This document shows, piece by piece, positions 47,043-57,221 of a stretch of 64,000 bases of DNA. The stretch is taken from IMG/VR virus record IMGVR_UViG_3300020457_000004, positions 1 to 64,000 of that record, one strand, 5' to 3'. Both the position numbers and the translations under genes were made by a program. Source of the DNA: a virus. The notes under the pieces are model-generated. The model did no database searches, was not told the origin of the DNA, and saw only the letters and a list, made by a program, of their open reading frames with translations. Position 1 is the stretch's first letter, and every line of letters begins with the position of its first letter.

Positions 47043-48305
47043 TTATTTTTTAAGTTGTCTGGAAATCGCCTGAGCGTACTTGTTAACTGTACTACCTTCG
47101 TCAAGCATTGCCTCTGGAACTGTGTCAGTCATCGGTTCTGGTGACTCTTCAGTTAAGGTTTCTTGTTTAGGAAAGTAATTCTCTTTAACGACTGATACTT
47201 TTTCAGCGAACATCTCCGCACTTCCAAAGTCAACATCCTCAACTAGAGATGTAAGTTTCTCTTGTTCAGTAAGTGTTAAATCTTCGGAAATCTCACCAAT
47301 GATTTTAGAACGCATTAGCGATTCCCTATCAGTAGTAAGATTAATTTGTGCTTCCACAGACTCATTGAGTTTCTTTTTGAGTTCCTCAATTTCGTCTTGC
47401 ATTTCGCCAAGTACATCGTACTTGTCTTGTGGAACTTCGATGTAATGTTCAGCGAAAACTTGTTTCAGAGACTTAATAAAGTCTTCTGTAATTTCAGTCC
47501 TAAGACCACGCTCAATAGCAAGCTCGTTCTCTTTCATCCAGTTTTCAGCAACATAGTTAAGATATTGGTCAATTTTACCAACCATCTCTTCCTTGAAAGT
47601 TTCTCTTTCAATATTAGACTGTTCTTCTAGTTCTTTCTGAATGGTTTCCATTTCATTAGCGAGTCTTGCGGTGACTACTGTTTCAAATAATTCAGCAGCC
47701 TTTACTTTAAACTCTTCTGAGAGGTGTTCCTCATCAGCGAAAAGGTTTTGAATGTCATTTTCAAACAAAGTTTCTTCTTGTTCTTCTGTTTCTGACACTT
47801 CTGTGTCCTCCTCTTCTTCTGATTCGACTTCTTCTACTTCAGACTCAGAGACAACTTCTTCTTCGTTATCTACTTCATCTTCAGCGATTACTTCATCCTC
47901 TTCTATCTCTTCTTCTTCTGAAACTTTCTGGTTACGAATACCTTCAGAAGATTTCTGAGCAACTACAGATGCGGTGTCTTCACCACCTTCGTAGTTTGGT
48001 GCCTGACCAGCGCCTGAGTTAGCAGGCCTTGGTGAATCACCTATTTTTGATGCGGAAGCGGGGCCAATAGCAGATGTTAAACCACCATGCTTGTCTCCAG
48101 TTCCACTAAGGTCTTGAATTTCTGGATTAGGATTTGAGTTCCCTTGAGTTGGATTTACTTTATGCCCATCTGTTGCATTTGGCCTCAGATTGTTAGCAAC
48201 TCCACCCCTAGACTCCTCGTCCAGTTCTTGAGTCTCCTCGTTAAGAGCGGATTCTACTTCCTTACCCTTAGCGAGCATTTCTCTTATTTTGCTTTCTACG
48301 CCCAT
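47043..48305 (-). CDS. 22: Prohead core scaffold gp22
   Basis: LSEEFKVKA, YLNYVAENW, HYIEVP; acidic. Confidence 0.93.
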   Translation of the reverse strand: MGVESKIREMLAKGKEVESALNEETQELDEESRGGVANNLRPNATDGHKVNPTQGNSNPNPEIQDLSGTGDKHGGLTSAIGPASASKIGDSPRPANSGAGQAPNYEGGEDTASVVAQKSSEGIRNQKVSEEEEIEEDEVIAEDEVDNEEEVVSESEVEEVESEEEEDTEVSETEEQEETLFENDIQNLFADEEHLSEEFKVKAAELFETVVTARLANEMETIQKELEEQSNIERETFKEEMVGKIDQYLNYVAENWMKENELAIERGLRTEITEDFIKSLKQVFAEHYIEVPQDKYDVLGEMQDEIEELKKKLNESVEAQINLTTDRESLMRSKIIGEISEDLTLTEQEKLTSLVEDVDFGSAEMFAEKVSVVKENYFPKQETLTEESPEPMTDTVPEAMLDEGSTVNKYAQAISRQLKK

Positions 48306-48342
48306 GTTAATTTCTCCTTTGAGATTTGCGTTATACTGTATT

Positions 48343-48350
48343 TATTTATA
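48343..48350 (-). promoter_or_regulatory. T4-type late promoter TATAAATA
   Basis: Upstream of gp22. Confidence 0.85.
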
Positions 48351-48355
48351 AATCT

Positions 48356-49009
48356 TTAGATTTTTGACAACTTATCCATGAATGAACTGAACACTTCCAT
48401 CTTCGCTTCCTCTAGTTCACGAGAACCAGCCTTCTTAATTCGCCTTACAGCCAAGTCTATGTCCTGTTCCATCCATGTTCCTTCAACCATTACCCACTCT
48501 TTGTGTTCCATAATACCCCTTACAAAGGCATCTGGAGCGGATGGGTCTGCGACTATATCAGCAGCAGTTGAAAGTACAAAGTCATCTTGAACCTCGTTTA
48601 TGCCATTCTTTTCTTTTAAAGTTCCGAGTCCTCTGGAACTCACACCAAGGGAGGCACCTTCGTCAATAAGGTTCTTTACGATATTTCCCATAGGTGTATC
48701 AAGAATTTTTGCTTTTCCAATATAATTGGAACCATCTTCTTTCAAAGAAGTTATCATGTGCGATACACGATCTAAATTGATTGTAGGGCCATCTGGATGT
48801 CCTAACTCACCCATCGCCCTTTTCTTCTTAATGCTTTCTTTAACATAACGGTTTACTTCCCTTTGCATAATTTCGCGTGGGTATACTCTACCGTTCCTGT
48901 TTTTAAGGTCAGATTGGAGAAAGACACCTTCAATAAAAAGGTTTGTCTTACCGTTACTTTCTTCTTTGATATATTGAATATCTTCTGTTGTTTCTGTTAT
49001 AAGTTTCAT
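48356..49009 (-). CDS. 21: Prohead protease gp21
   Basis: NRNGRVYP, GELGHP, GVSSRG, DIVADPSAPDA. Confidence 0.97.
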   Translation of the reverse strand: MKLITETTEDIQYIKEESNGKTNLFIEGVFLQSDLKNRNGRVYPREIMQREVNRYVKESIKKKRAMGELGHPDGPTINLDRVSHMITSLKEDGSNYIGKAKILDTPMGNIVKNLIDEGASLGVSSRGLGTLKEKNGINEVQDDFVLSTAADIVADPSAPDAFVRGIMEHKEWVMVEGTWMEQDIDLAVRRIKKAGSRELEEAKMEVFSSFMDKLSKI

Positions 49010-49010
49010 A

Positions 49011-49400
49011 TTATCCTAAGCTCCCATCTGCGCCTTGGTGTTGTTGTGAACCATATCCACTAACCTTAGCAGTCTCTACTATTACTGTTCCCCCAGCACC
49101 ACCAGCAATAACGACATCTATATCTTGGTCATTCTGGTGATTGTCATTGAACCCATAAAAATCTAGTGAACCACTCTCCATCAATTCATAGAGAACATCA
49201 CTATTCCTTTGTATTTTAGCACTTGCACCACTTGATAATGTCCAATGAATTGCTTTAATATCTGCCTTTGGTGAACTCTGTGTCTCTGTACTCTTCTTCA
49301 GAGTGGTTGCGAGAGCAATGGTGCCTGTCGCAGCTGTCCCACGAACGGCACAAACTCCTTGGACTTGAGTAAGTTTTAAAACATCGACTACGACTGCCAT
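49011..49400 (-). CDS. Hypothetical protein in the head gene block
   Basis: 129 aa; AGGAG SD; beta-rich. Confidence 0.55.
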   Translation of the reverse strand: MAVVVDVLKLTQVQGVCAVRGTAATGTIALATTLKKSTETQSSPKADIKAIHWTLSSGASAKIQRNSDVLYELMESGSLDFYGFNDNHQNDQDIDVVIAGGAGGTVIVETAKVSGYGSQQHQGADGSLG

Positions 49401-49413
49401 TTAGTTTCTCCTG

Positions 49414-49764
49414 TTAATTCTTTTTCTTGGAGTGGTTACCATGTGGGCCTTCTGCTAAAATTTCTAGAGCATAAGTCTCACACATTTCAACTCCGTGTTC
49501 AAACATAACCCGATACCAAGCAACTTCACCATCTTTATTTGGTTCAGCATGCTCACCTACTATGGGGCTTCCCTCTCCGAATTTGGGATGGACTACCTTA
49601 GTTGCACACATATGTGTTAATTTAGGGTCTTCCGAACTTCCCTGTTTTGGGGGAGTGACATGACCTTCCGCGCCGTCTTCGGTAGGCAGATTTGCAGTAG
49701 GTTGTTCCTTCTTAGGTTTTTCTACAGCCTGCGCTTCCTCGCGTAGTTCTTTAAATGTCTTCAT
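49414..49764 (-). CDS. Putative internal head protein with capsid-targeting-like N-terminus
   Basis: MKTFKELREE; HMCATKVVHPKFGEG...VMFEHG module. Confidence 0.6.
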   Translation of the reverse strand: MKTFKELREEAQAVEKPKKEQPTANLPTEDGAEGHVTPPKQGSSEDPKLTHMCATKVVHPKFGEGSPIVGEHAEPNKDGEVAWYRVMFEHGVEMCETYALEILAEGPHGNHSKKKN

Positions 49765-50041
49765 CTGTTTCCCCTGTATCGGTTTCTGTTTGTTCTATTT
49801 CTTCCTCTGGTGCAGCCTCAAGTCCCATTTTCTGTAGTTCTGGGTCATTAAATATCGCATTAGATATTTCTTCCTTCCTCGCGGAAATTAATTCATCCGC
49901 CCTTGTACCCATTGCCTTTGCAAACTCATCGTTTGCTCCAGTATAGTCACCATCTGCCCACTTATCCATCATATTTCTGACAGCATCTTGTGGTGTTACT
50001 TCATCGGCAACTTCTACTTCTACATTATCTGTTTCACTCAT
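49751..50041 (-). CDS. 67: Prohead core protein gp67-like
   Basis: Small acidic protein directly after the portal gene. Confidence 0.65.
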   Translation of the reverse strand: MSETDNVEVEVADEVTPQDAVRNMMDKWADGDYTGANDEFAKAMGTRADELISARKEEISNAIFNDPELQKMGLEAAPEEEIEQTETDTGETDEDI

Positions 50042-51554
50042 TATCTTCTCCATTAGTTATTTGAGGTTCTTCACCCCCTTCTTCTTGACCAGCTGCAATT
50101 TGCTCGTCCATAATATCAATCTCTTCATCCGAAAAACGCATAATGTTTTTCTGGACATATTCTTTACTAAACAACTGACCTATAAATGGTACTACACCGT
50201 TTAGTATTTCTAACCTACTTCTAAGAATCTCTTGTTCCTTAGACTCAGTATAATAAGCATCTTGTGCAAACATATACTGTAGGTCATTCCTAATCTCTGG
50301 CCATTCCTCTTCGTTAATGACCCCTTTTAAAACTAGTTGAGTTTTTAGTAGGTCATCAAATATCCCACTAAATCTATTTCTCAACTTTGAAATGAACTTT
50401 GTAAATTTAAGTTCATCTCTAGTAATCTCAGCAGACCGTCCAAAATTTAGACCTGTCTGTTGTTCCAGACGCGAAATCGGAACATTAAGTGATTGATATA
50501 GTTTCTTTTGGAAGTAAACTACATCTTCAATCTCACCTAAGTTCGCACCGCCTGGCAATGTTTGAATCTCTGTACCTCTACCACCTTCTTTTCGTGGTAA
50601 CCAGAAGTCTTCAAGCATTGACATAAACTTCTTGTCATCTCTTATCTCACCAGTATCACTATCATAAACAAGTTTGTTTCTGTAGCGACTCATCACATCT
50701 TTTAGATATTGTTCTGCTTTTCCTGTGGGCAGATTCCCAACATCTATATAAAAAATTCTTCTTTCGGGAGCCCGTGTGATACGATAAATCACCACCGCGT
50801 TCTCCATCATTCTCAATTGGTTAGCAGGGCGTATCGCTTTATGTAAATAAGATAGTGGTATATTCCTATCTTGGTCAACTAATCCAGATGTACAATATGT
50901 AACTGAGTCTTTGCTAACCTTAATTGCCTTATCATTAACTACATCTGTCTTGTATGACATTTGAGAGTTAGTGGCAATTCCCTTCTCATCAAATACAAAA
51001 TATTCTTGTACATCTTTTACGAGAGTTACTTGAGATTTTTTATCTTTCTCTTTCTTAATCTCTCTGACCTTTCGGATTTTCCTTGGGTCTACATAACGAA
51101 CATCTTTTATACCTTCTTTTTTCTTTTCAGTATCGATGACCTTGTGGAAAAAAATTCTTCCATCAATGTACCATCGTCTAAAATAATCTTGTGCCCGAAC
51201 ATTAAAGTCTAACATTCTAAGAACACCATCAAACTCTTGGATGATTGCCCTTTTAACGGTGGCAGATTGTTGAACCTTGTCAAGATTTAACTTGACTGGT
51301 TTCTCATCGTCCAAGTTTGCGATGGCATCATTGACAACATCCTCGATGGCTGCGTCAACATCTCCCATCATTGATATATCTCTATACCTTTTGATAAGTT
51401 GGGTTTCACTATTAGCAGTTCCTTCTATGTCGAAGTAAGTGCCGTAGTATCCACCCGCCCTTATACTTTCTAAAGACCCATCGTCATGAGGCGGAACGAA
51501 TGATTTTTCCGTCTTAGACTTGGATCTTGATATTTCAAATCCAAATAATTCCAT
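50034..51554 (-). CDS. 20: Portal protein gp20
   Basis: RAPERRIFYIDVGN, EDFWLPR, TRDELKF. Confidence 0.98.
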   Translation of the reverse strand: MELFGFEISRSKSKTEKSFVPPHDDGSLESIRAGGYYGTYFDIEGTANSETQLIKRYRDISMMGDVDAAIEDVVNDAIANLDDEKPVKLNLDKVQQSATVKRAIIQEFDGVLRMLDFNVRAQDYFRRWYIDGRIFFHKVIDTEKKKEGIKDVRYVDPRKIRKVREIKKEKDKKSQVTLVKDVQEYFVFDEKGIATNSQMSYKTDVVNDKAIKVSKDSVTYCTSGLVDQDRNIPLSYLHKAIRPANQLRMMENAVVIYRITRAPERRIFYIDVGNLPTGKAEQYLKDVMSRYRNKLVYDSDTGEIRDDKKFMSMLEDFWLPRKEGGRGTEIQTLPGGANLGEIEDVVYFQKKLYQSLNVPISRLEQQTGLNFGRSAEITRDELKFTKFISKLRNRFSGIFDDLLKTQLVLKGVINEEEWPEIRNDLQYMFAQDAYYTESKEQEILRSRLEILNGVVPFIGQLFSKEYVQKNIMRFSDEEIDIMDEQIAAGQEEGGEEPQITNGEDNE

Positions 51555-51580
51555 AATTTATACCTTCTTCAACTCGTAGA

Positions 51581-52099
51581 TTATTCTACATCATAATGCG
51601 TATATTGCCATGTCACAGTAAATTCTTCAAAGATGTCATTCTGTGCATAGTTCAACGCAATTTCTGACATCTGAATAGGAAATGCATTTCTTAAAGTGTA
51701 TGTACCATTAGGTAATACTGCATCATTCCTATCTAAATGTTCTACAATTATATCACTCTGGTAACCAGAAGGTGTCAAAGTGATAGCTTCGTTGGATTCA
51801 CGGTCATTCATACCATTCATCCATGCTTCAAACGGCGCTCGTAAACTAAAATCTGAGTCATTAACTACTGTAATAGTCCAAGGGTCGAATATCCTTTCGC
51901 CTGCAAGTTTAATCTCCCTACCTCTATATTGTATAATGGCAGGGTTTACATTGGAAGCGGGAAGGGCGGCCCCAGTTACGAGCAGACTGTAAGATGGGTC
52001 AACACCAGTAACATAAGAAGGGAAAGCAAGCTTAACCCTAAACTGATTAGGTCTTGCTCCACCAGCACCTAGTCTGGCCTTAAACTCTTCAATATTCAT
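51581..52099 (-). CDS. 19: Tail tube gp19
   Basis: GGARPNQF, GERIFDPWTITV, EEFTVTW. Confidence 0.96.
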   Translation of the reverse strand: MNIEEFKARLGAGGARPNQFRVKLAFPSYVTGVDPSYSLLVTGAALPASNVNPAIIQYRGREIKLAGERIFDPWTITVVNDSDFSLRAPFEAWMNGMNDRESNEAITLTPSGYQSDIIVEHLDRNDAVLPNGTYTLRNAFPIQMSEIALNYAQNDIFEEFTVTWQYTHYDVE

Positions 52100-52135
52100 C
52101 TGTTTTTTCTCCTAACTTTATTTTATTTATCTCTA

Positions 52136-54073
52136 TTAACCGCCAAGTTCTTCAAAAGATATTCCGCTTCTTGTCGCAACAAATGTTAGCGTTATGAAGT
52201 TAATAGACTTAGCAGGTTTGACAAATATGTCAGCCTTAAATTCGTTTGCGTCTATAACTTGCGGTGTATTGTTTGTTTCGTCACAAACAACGCGGAAATC
52301 AAAGATACCCCTTCTTCCTTGTACATCTCGCAAGAAAGGTTCTACTAGAGCAACAAACTGTGCCCTTGTAAATGCATCGTTGAACTCGAATAATTGGAAT
52401 TTAGCAGCAGTTGCAATTGCCTTTTCAAGGACAATAAACAATCTACGGACATTAATCCTGTTAAATGCACTTGGTGAATCAAGCATTGTCTTGTCTCCAA
52501 ACAATACAATACCAGAGCCAGGCGTTGAAATTACTGGGTTAACACCTTTAGCATAAAGTGTATCCCTCTGTGCCTTGGTAGGTGACCATGCGAGTTTGAT
52601 TGCATTTTTAATCTGTCCCCTATTAAGACCGCCAGGCGAGAACCAAGGGTCATCTGATTTATCTGTAACAACACAAGTACCAGCGACATCTCCGTTCAAA
52701 GGAACATAGACATATCTGTCATTGTACTTGTCGTACATGTATTTCCAACCAGAATCATATACTGCATAAGATGAACGAGTATATGCATTTAGGTCAGAGG
52801 TTGTAATAATTGATGTTGATTCTGAACCTTCGTTGTTTACTACGGCACTTCTCTGTGGAGAAATAAATACCATAGCATCTTTACGGATTTCAGCAACATT
52901 GTCGATAACATAATCACCTACAGCAGTTGGGTGAGCAGAAGTAAGAATTAAACTTACATCTACTAATTCGTCATTTGCGAATAGTTGATATCCTGCCTGT
53001 AAATCAGAATTAGCAGGAGAAGCATCAACACCACTTGCAAGTGAAGTTGAAACATCACTATCTGAAGAACCATTCAAGCAGGCAAAAACTGTTCCGCCAG
53101 CAGATGATGTTCCCCAGTTAGAACCATTTGTAGGATGATCCATCCAGTATATCCATTCTGAACGGTCATTGATTACATTCTTGTAAAAGTTTGTTTGGTT
53201 GATGTCATCTTTAGCATCGGATGCCTTAGATAATCCAGCAAATTTTTCTAGGACTGTTCCAGCAGTTCCAGTAATTTCTCCAGTTTCATCAATGACAATA
53301 ACATGAACCATGTCGCGTGAAGCACCATTGTTTTTTGCCCATGTAGTTGTGGTTGGTGTAAAATCAAACTGACTAGCATATGTCCATGCAGTTTGCAATG
53401 TAGATGTAGCAGTTGCAGATGAACCGTCACCACCAATAGTCACAGCAGGAGCGGATGAATATCCATAGCCTGGATGTGTAATTGTGATTGCGGAAACAGC
53501 ACCACCAGATATAGTTGCAGTTCCAGTAGCAGTAATACCACCTTGAGCGGGGGTAATTCCTGTTGGGTCAGCAAATGTGACTGTTGCGGATGTGTATCCA
53601 GAACCACCAGCGGTTACTGTTGCAGAACCTACTGACAATCCAGATGCAGATGCAATATCAGCGATTTCTACTTGAAGAGCATTACCTCGTGTGCCTGGGT
53701 ATTTTGCAGCCCATGGCCCTACAGAACCTTCTCCGTTGGAGTATGATTCTTGATATTGCTCTAGATTTTTAATTTGAACAGCAGTTCCAGTTGAGACTGC
53801 GTTTCTAGCAGCAGCTCCAACTTCTCTCACGGTTAATAAGTTTGAACCATAAGAAAGGAAACTTGATGCCACCATGTGGTCATAAAATATACTCAATGTG
53901 GGTTTACCGAACCTCTCAACAAGATTGTTCTCAGATTGTACTGAGATTATCTCATGAGCTGGGCCCCATTGAAAGTCTCCCACGATTCCACCAATAGTGG
54001 TGGCAACAGCGGGGACAACATTTGTGAGGTCTTTTTCTTGTACTAAGACGCCAGGCGATAATTGGAAAGCCAT
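52136..54073 (-). CDS. 18: Tail sheath gp18
   Basis: LSPGV, PWFSPGG, FGDKT, RINVRRLF. Confidence 0.98.
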   Translation of the reverse strand: MAFQLSPGVLVQEKDLTNVVPAVATTIGGIVGDFQWGPAHEIISVQSENNLVERFGKPTLSIFYDHMVASSFLSYGSNLLTVREVGAAARNAVSTGTAVQIKNLEQYQESYSNGEGSVGPWAAKYPGTRGNALQVEIADIASASGLSVGSATVTAGGSGYTSATVTFADPTGITPAQGGITATGTATISGGAVSAITITHPGYGYSSAPAVTIGGDGSSATATSTLQTAWTYASQFDFTPTTTTWAKNNGASRDMVHVIVIDETGEITGTAGTVLEKFAGLSKASDAKDDINQTNFYKNVINDRSEWIYWMDHPTNGSNWGTSSAGGTVFACLNGSSDSDVSTSLASGVDASPANSDLQAGYQLFANDELVDVSLILTSAHPTAVGDYVIDNVAEIRKDAMVFISPQRSAVVNNEGSESTSIITTSDLNAYTRSSYAVYDSGWKYMYDKYNDRYVYVPLNGDVAGTCVVTDKSDDPWFSPGGLNRGQIKNAIKLAWSPTKAQRDTLYAKGVNPVISTPGSGIVLFGDKTMLDSPSAFNRINVRRLFIVLEKAIATAAKFQLFEFNDAFTRAQFVALVEPFLRDVQGRRGIFDFRVVCDETNNTPQVIDANEFKADIFVKPAKSINFITLTFVATRSGISFEELGG

Positions 54074-54133
54074 TTTGTTCTCCTTCGTATTTCGTTTTTA
54101 ATCTATCTTGACTAAATAGTTATTCCTAGCAAT

Positions 54134-54141
54134 TATTTATA
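54134..54141 (-). promoter_or_regulatory. T4-type late promoter TATAAATA
   Basis: Upstream of gp18. Confidence 0.8.
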
Positions 54142-55765
54142 AAAATTTTTCTTTCTCATCAGCCCATATCCAATAGTCACCATCCATAACTTGTGCTTCT
54201 GGTTCATGTCCGTCTACAACAAGCCCAAACGGTGTCAAATCATTTTCTATCATTCTCATCTGTGAATTGTATAGATTGTCACGAATATCTACATTAGTCA
54301 AATCCTTAAAAAATGTATTAGTTGATAACCAAGCAAATAGTACCATACACATTGCAAGGTCATCGTGGTATCCTTCATCAGCAGCAAATGTACCACTCCT
54401 TTCAACAAAAGTTGACAGTTCACTTATACATTCAGCATCAAATAATAAGAACTTCTGTTCTTCAATCAAACTTTTTAGTGCCAAACACCCCTGTCTTTTA
54501 ACTGCCTTTGATGTTCGTACACCTAGAGTACTTTGTTTTCCGAAGCCAGGCGAAACATATTGTTTGTTTTTTTCCTGTACACAACTAAAAATGTTCTCAT
54601 ACTCTAGTTCTTGGTGTAGTATATCGACTACCTGTTGTCCTATATCATTTGTTTCAAGTAAAACATACGCATCATTATAATCCTTTGCTACTTTTCCTAT
54701 AAAGTCTGGATATAACAATGGAGAAACTTTGTTATCTCTATACTTACCTACAACCTTAAACGGCATTTCTGTGATATCAACCACAATGAAAGCCGAAAAA
54801 TCTCCACCTATACCTCTAGCGGTATCTGCCGAGATTACATAGTATTTATCGTCTTGGGGTTCTTCATATATCTCTAGTCCATCCTTCCTATAAATTGGGT
54901 CGGTAGATGACATATTAGAAAGAGCTTTACCACTAATCAAAGTATTCGTTGACCCCAAGAAATCACACAATACTTCTTGGTTAAACTTCACTTCCCCTAA
55001 CAAATCAAACTGTTCTTGTGTCCACTTGTCATCGCGGCCTGGGATTTCAGTATGCGGTATAAACATATTCTCAAACCCATTAGTACCTTTCTCTGCCTCA
55101 TTCCAGAATTTCCAGAAATGATTATATCCCAAAGGCGTGGATGTCAATAGAATCTTTGTGGTCTCACCAGCAGAGATAGTAGGATATACAGATGCAAAAA
55201 ACTCATCTGCTATATTGTTTGGTATAATTGCAGCCTCATCAATGTACAACCAGTTAACTGATTTACCCCGAATACCAGATGATGTGGTTGCAGATGTAAA
55301 CACGCGAGAACCATTCTCTAAGTCCACATCCCCCTTGTTCCATGTCTTGACTCCCTGTTGCATCCATATAGGAAGATGTTCATACATAGTCTGATATCTT
55401 GACAACACCTCTCTGGCAGCCGCGGTCTTGTTAGCCATTATAGCGATGTTCTTGTCTGCATTGAATATAGAGTAATGTAATATACACGCGGCCGCTGTCA
55501 CCGTCTTGCCTTGCTGTCTACCTTCCATTAGAATAGTCTTTCGATTATTCATGATGAAATCTACTTTCCTTTTCTGACAGTCGTATAGCTTGAAAGGTTG
55601 TAGACCTTTATCCAAGGTTACTATTTGACAGTAATTCTCAATAAAATATATTGGGTCTTGTTCACACTTTACAAATTCTTCAAACTCCGTTTTTGTAAAA
55701 TCGTGTTGATACCCAATTGATTTTAGATTGGGGTTACCGTGATATGATGCTTCAGTTCCAGCCAT
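54137..55765 (-). CDS. 17: Terminase large subunit gp17
   Basis: RQQGKT, YIDEAA, STPLG, DDLAM. Confidence 0.98.
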   Translation of the reverse strand: MAGTEASYHGNPNLKSIGYQHDFTKTEFEEFVKCEQDPIYFIENYCQIVTLDKGLQPFKLYDCQKRKVDFIMNNRKTILMEGRQQGKTVTAAACILHYSIFNADKNIAIMANKTAAAREVLSRYQTMYEHLPIWMQQGVKTWNKGDVDLENGSRVFTSATTSSGIRGKSVNWLYIDEAAIIPNNIADEFFASVYPTISAGETTKILLTSTPLGYNHFWKFWNEAEKGTNGFENMFIPHTEIPGRDDKWTQEQFDLLGEVKFNQEVLCDFLGSTNTLISGKALSNMSSTDPIYRKDGLEIYEEPQDDKYYVISADTARGIGGDFSAFIVVDITEMPFKVVGKYRDNKVSPLLYPDFIGKVAKDYNDAYVLLETNDIGQQVVDILHQELEYENIFSCVQEKNKQYVSPGFGKQSTLGVRTSKAVKRQGCLALKSLIEEQKFLLFDAECISELSTFVERSGTFAADEGYHDDLAMCMVLFAWLSTNTFFKDLTNVDIRDNLYNSQMRMIENDLTPFGLVVDGHEPEAQVMDGDYWIWADEKEKFL

Positions 55766-56789
55766 TTACTTCCCCATGTGCTTGTTGTTTGATGTAATGA
55801 AAGAAGTCTGGTTCCTCTATATCTGGTAATCTGGGTATGTCTTCTGTCTCTAATATCATTTCAAAACATCTTCTGCGATTGTGTTCTCTCGCTAACTCTG
55901 TACCCCTTACTATTTCTTTCAAGGGATACTGTAATAAATTTGTAAATTGTTTGTAGAACTCTTTAAATCTTTCCCCTTCATCCTGTATATCATCAAACTG
56001 ATAGTCTACAAACCCATCATATAACATGAACCCCATTGATTTGAGTTCTTTATACATTCCTTGTCCACCAAACCCCATACATAATTTTCTATGCAAAAGA
56101 GGTTTAAAAGTTTTCTCAGTAAACCTAATGTGACTAGTCCTAGTCTCAACAAACAAATCTATGAGTATTTTGTCATAGAATTCTGCTGGACTCTGTGTTA
56201 CTGCCCATCCACCTTTCTTATGCAAAGGATGAGCTTGGTAAGAAAAATCCCAATTCTTTGACCAATCTAACATGAACTTCCTTTTAATATCAGTATATAC
56301 TCCTTGACGCAAGTTGGAACAATACTTATTGATTAAATTATCCTTTTCTAATAACTCCCACAACTTTTGTCTATATGGTCTCATAGAATGATTTAAACAA
56401 CAAAAGTGTGTATCTTCACTACCAGAGTAGTTTTTTATATTAGTTCTTTTTAGTTCGTCATCCCAATATGAACCATGTCCAATTACTTGCCACAAAAAAT
56501 ATAATCCATATGGTTTATGCACGGCATTTCTTGGTAATAATTTACTAGAGTCTATGTATGAACTATCGATAACAGTAAAACTTAAAGAAGGGAACTCTGA
56601 AAACAAATCTAACTTTATCAGTTCTTTCTTGGGTAAGAAGGGATTTAATATTTCCTCTTTTAAATTATGAACCACTAACCTATTTATCTTGTTTTCAGAT
56701 AGGTGTTCTTCTAACTTGGGAACGGTAAGGGCTTTCCTAAAATGTTCCATACACCAGTATTCAGCTGGATTCTGGGTCATCTGGGTCAT
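55752..56789 (-). CDS. Hypothetical protein, possible GT-B glycosyltransferase-like, between the terminase genes
   Basis: LN...RPYR, VET...FTEKTFKP, GF...YQFD motifs. Confidence 0.5.
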   Translation of the reverse strand: MTQMTQNPAEYWCMEHFRKALTVPKLEEHLSENKINRLVVHNLKEEILNPFLPKKELIKLDLFSEFPSLSFTVIDSSYIDSSKLLPRNAVHKPYGLYFLWQVIGHGSYWDDELKRTNIKNYSGSEDTHFCCLNHSMRPYRQKLWELLEKDNLINKYCSNLRQGVYTDIKRKFMLDWSKNWDFSYQAHPLHKKGGWAVTQSPAEFYDKILIDLFVETRTSHIRFTEKTFKPLLHRKLCMGFGGQGMYKELKSMGFMLYDGFVDYQFDDIQDEGERFKEFYKQFTNLLQYPLKEIVRGTELAREHNRRRCFEMILETEDIPRLPDIEEPDFFHYIKQQAHGEVNGWN

Positions 56790-57219
56790 GGTCTATAATT
56801 TTTTCATTCTCTTTCTTTAGTGCTTTCAACATATCAGAAGTTGTACCAGTAAAAACTAGGTTGTTTGTTGTTTTACTAATAGTTCTTGGTTCATCTGAAT
56901 TCTTTTGAATTCGATGTTTCTTCTCTTGGACTTCCATCATATCCTTGGCTTGTTCACCCATAGTCTTAATGATTTGTCCAGCAACTTCATAAGCACGAGG
57001 ATTGTCACTATTTGTAGCAACATTCAAAATACCTTGAGCGGCTTCCTCCGCGTACTCGGCTGAGCGTTTCAAAAGATTCCTTGCTTCCTCAAAATCTTTA
57101 TCTAGTTTCTCATCTTCTTTTTCAGGCACAGCGGGAACGCCACCCTTTTTCTCAGCAAGTTCTGTAGTTACGGTGTTGAATGTTTTATCAAGTGCATCAA
57201 ATACTTTATTTTTTGGCAT
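56761..57219 (-). CDS. 16: Terminase small subunit gp16
   Basis: DFEEARNLL, NPRAYEVAG, NNLVFTGTTSDML. Confidence 0.92.
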   Translation of the reverse strand: MPKNKVFDALDKTFNTVTTELAEKKGGVPAVPEKEDEKLDKDFEEARNLLKRSAEYAEEAAQGILNVATNSDNPRAYEVAGQIIKTMGEQAKDMMEVQEKKHRIQKNSDEPRTISKTTNNLVFTGTTSDMLKALKKENEKIIDHDPDDPESS

Positions 57220-57221
57220 AA

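Noticed and set aside
15848-55765. Introns, inteins or stop-codon recoding in core genes
   Set aside because: gp41, gp43, gp46, gp17, gp20 and gp23 are continuous, of ordinary length and read in the standard code.
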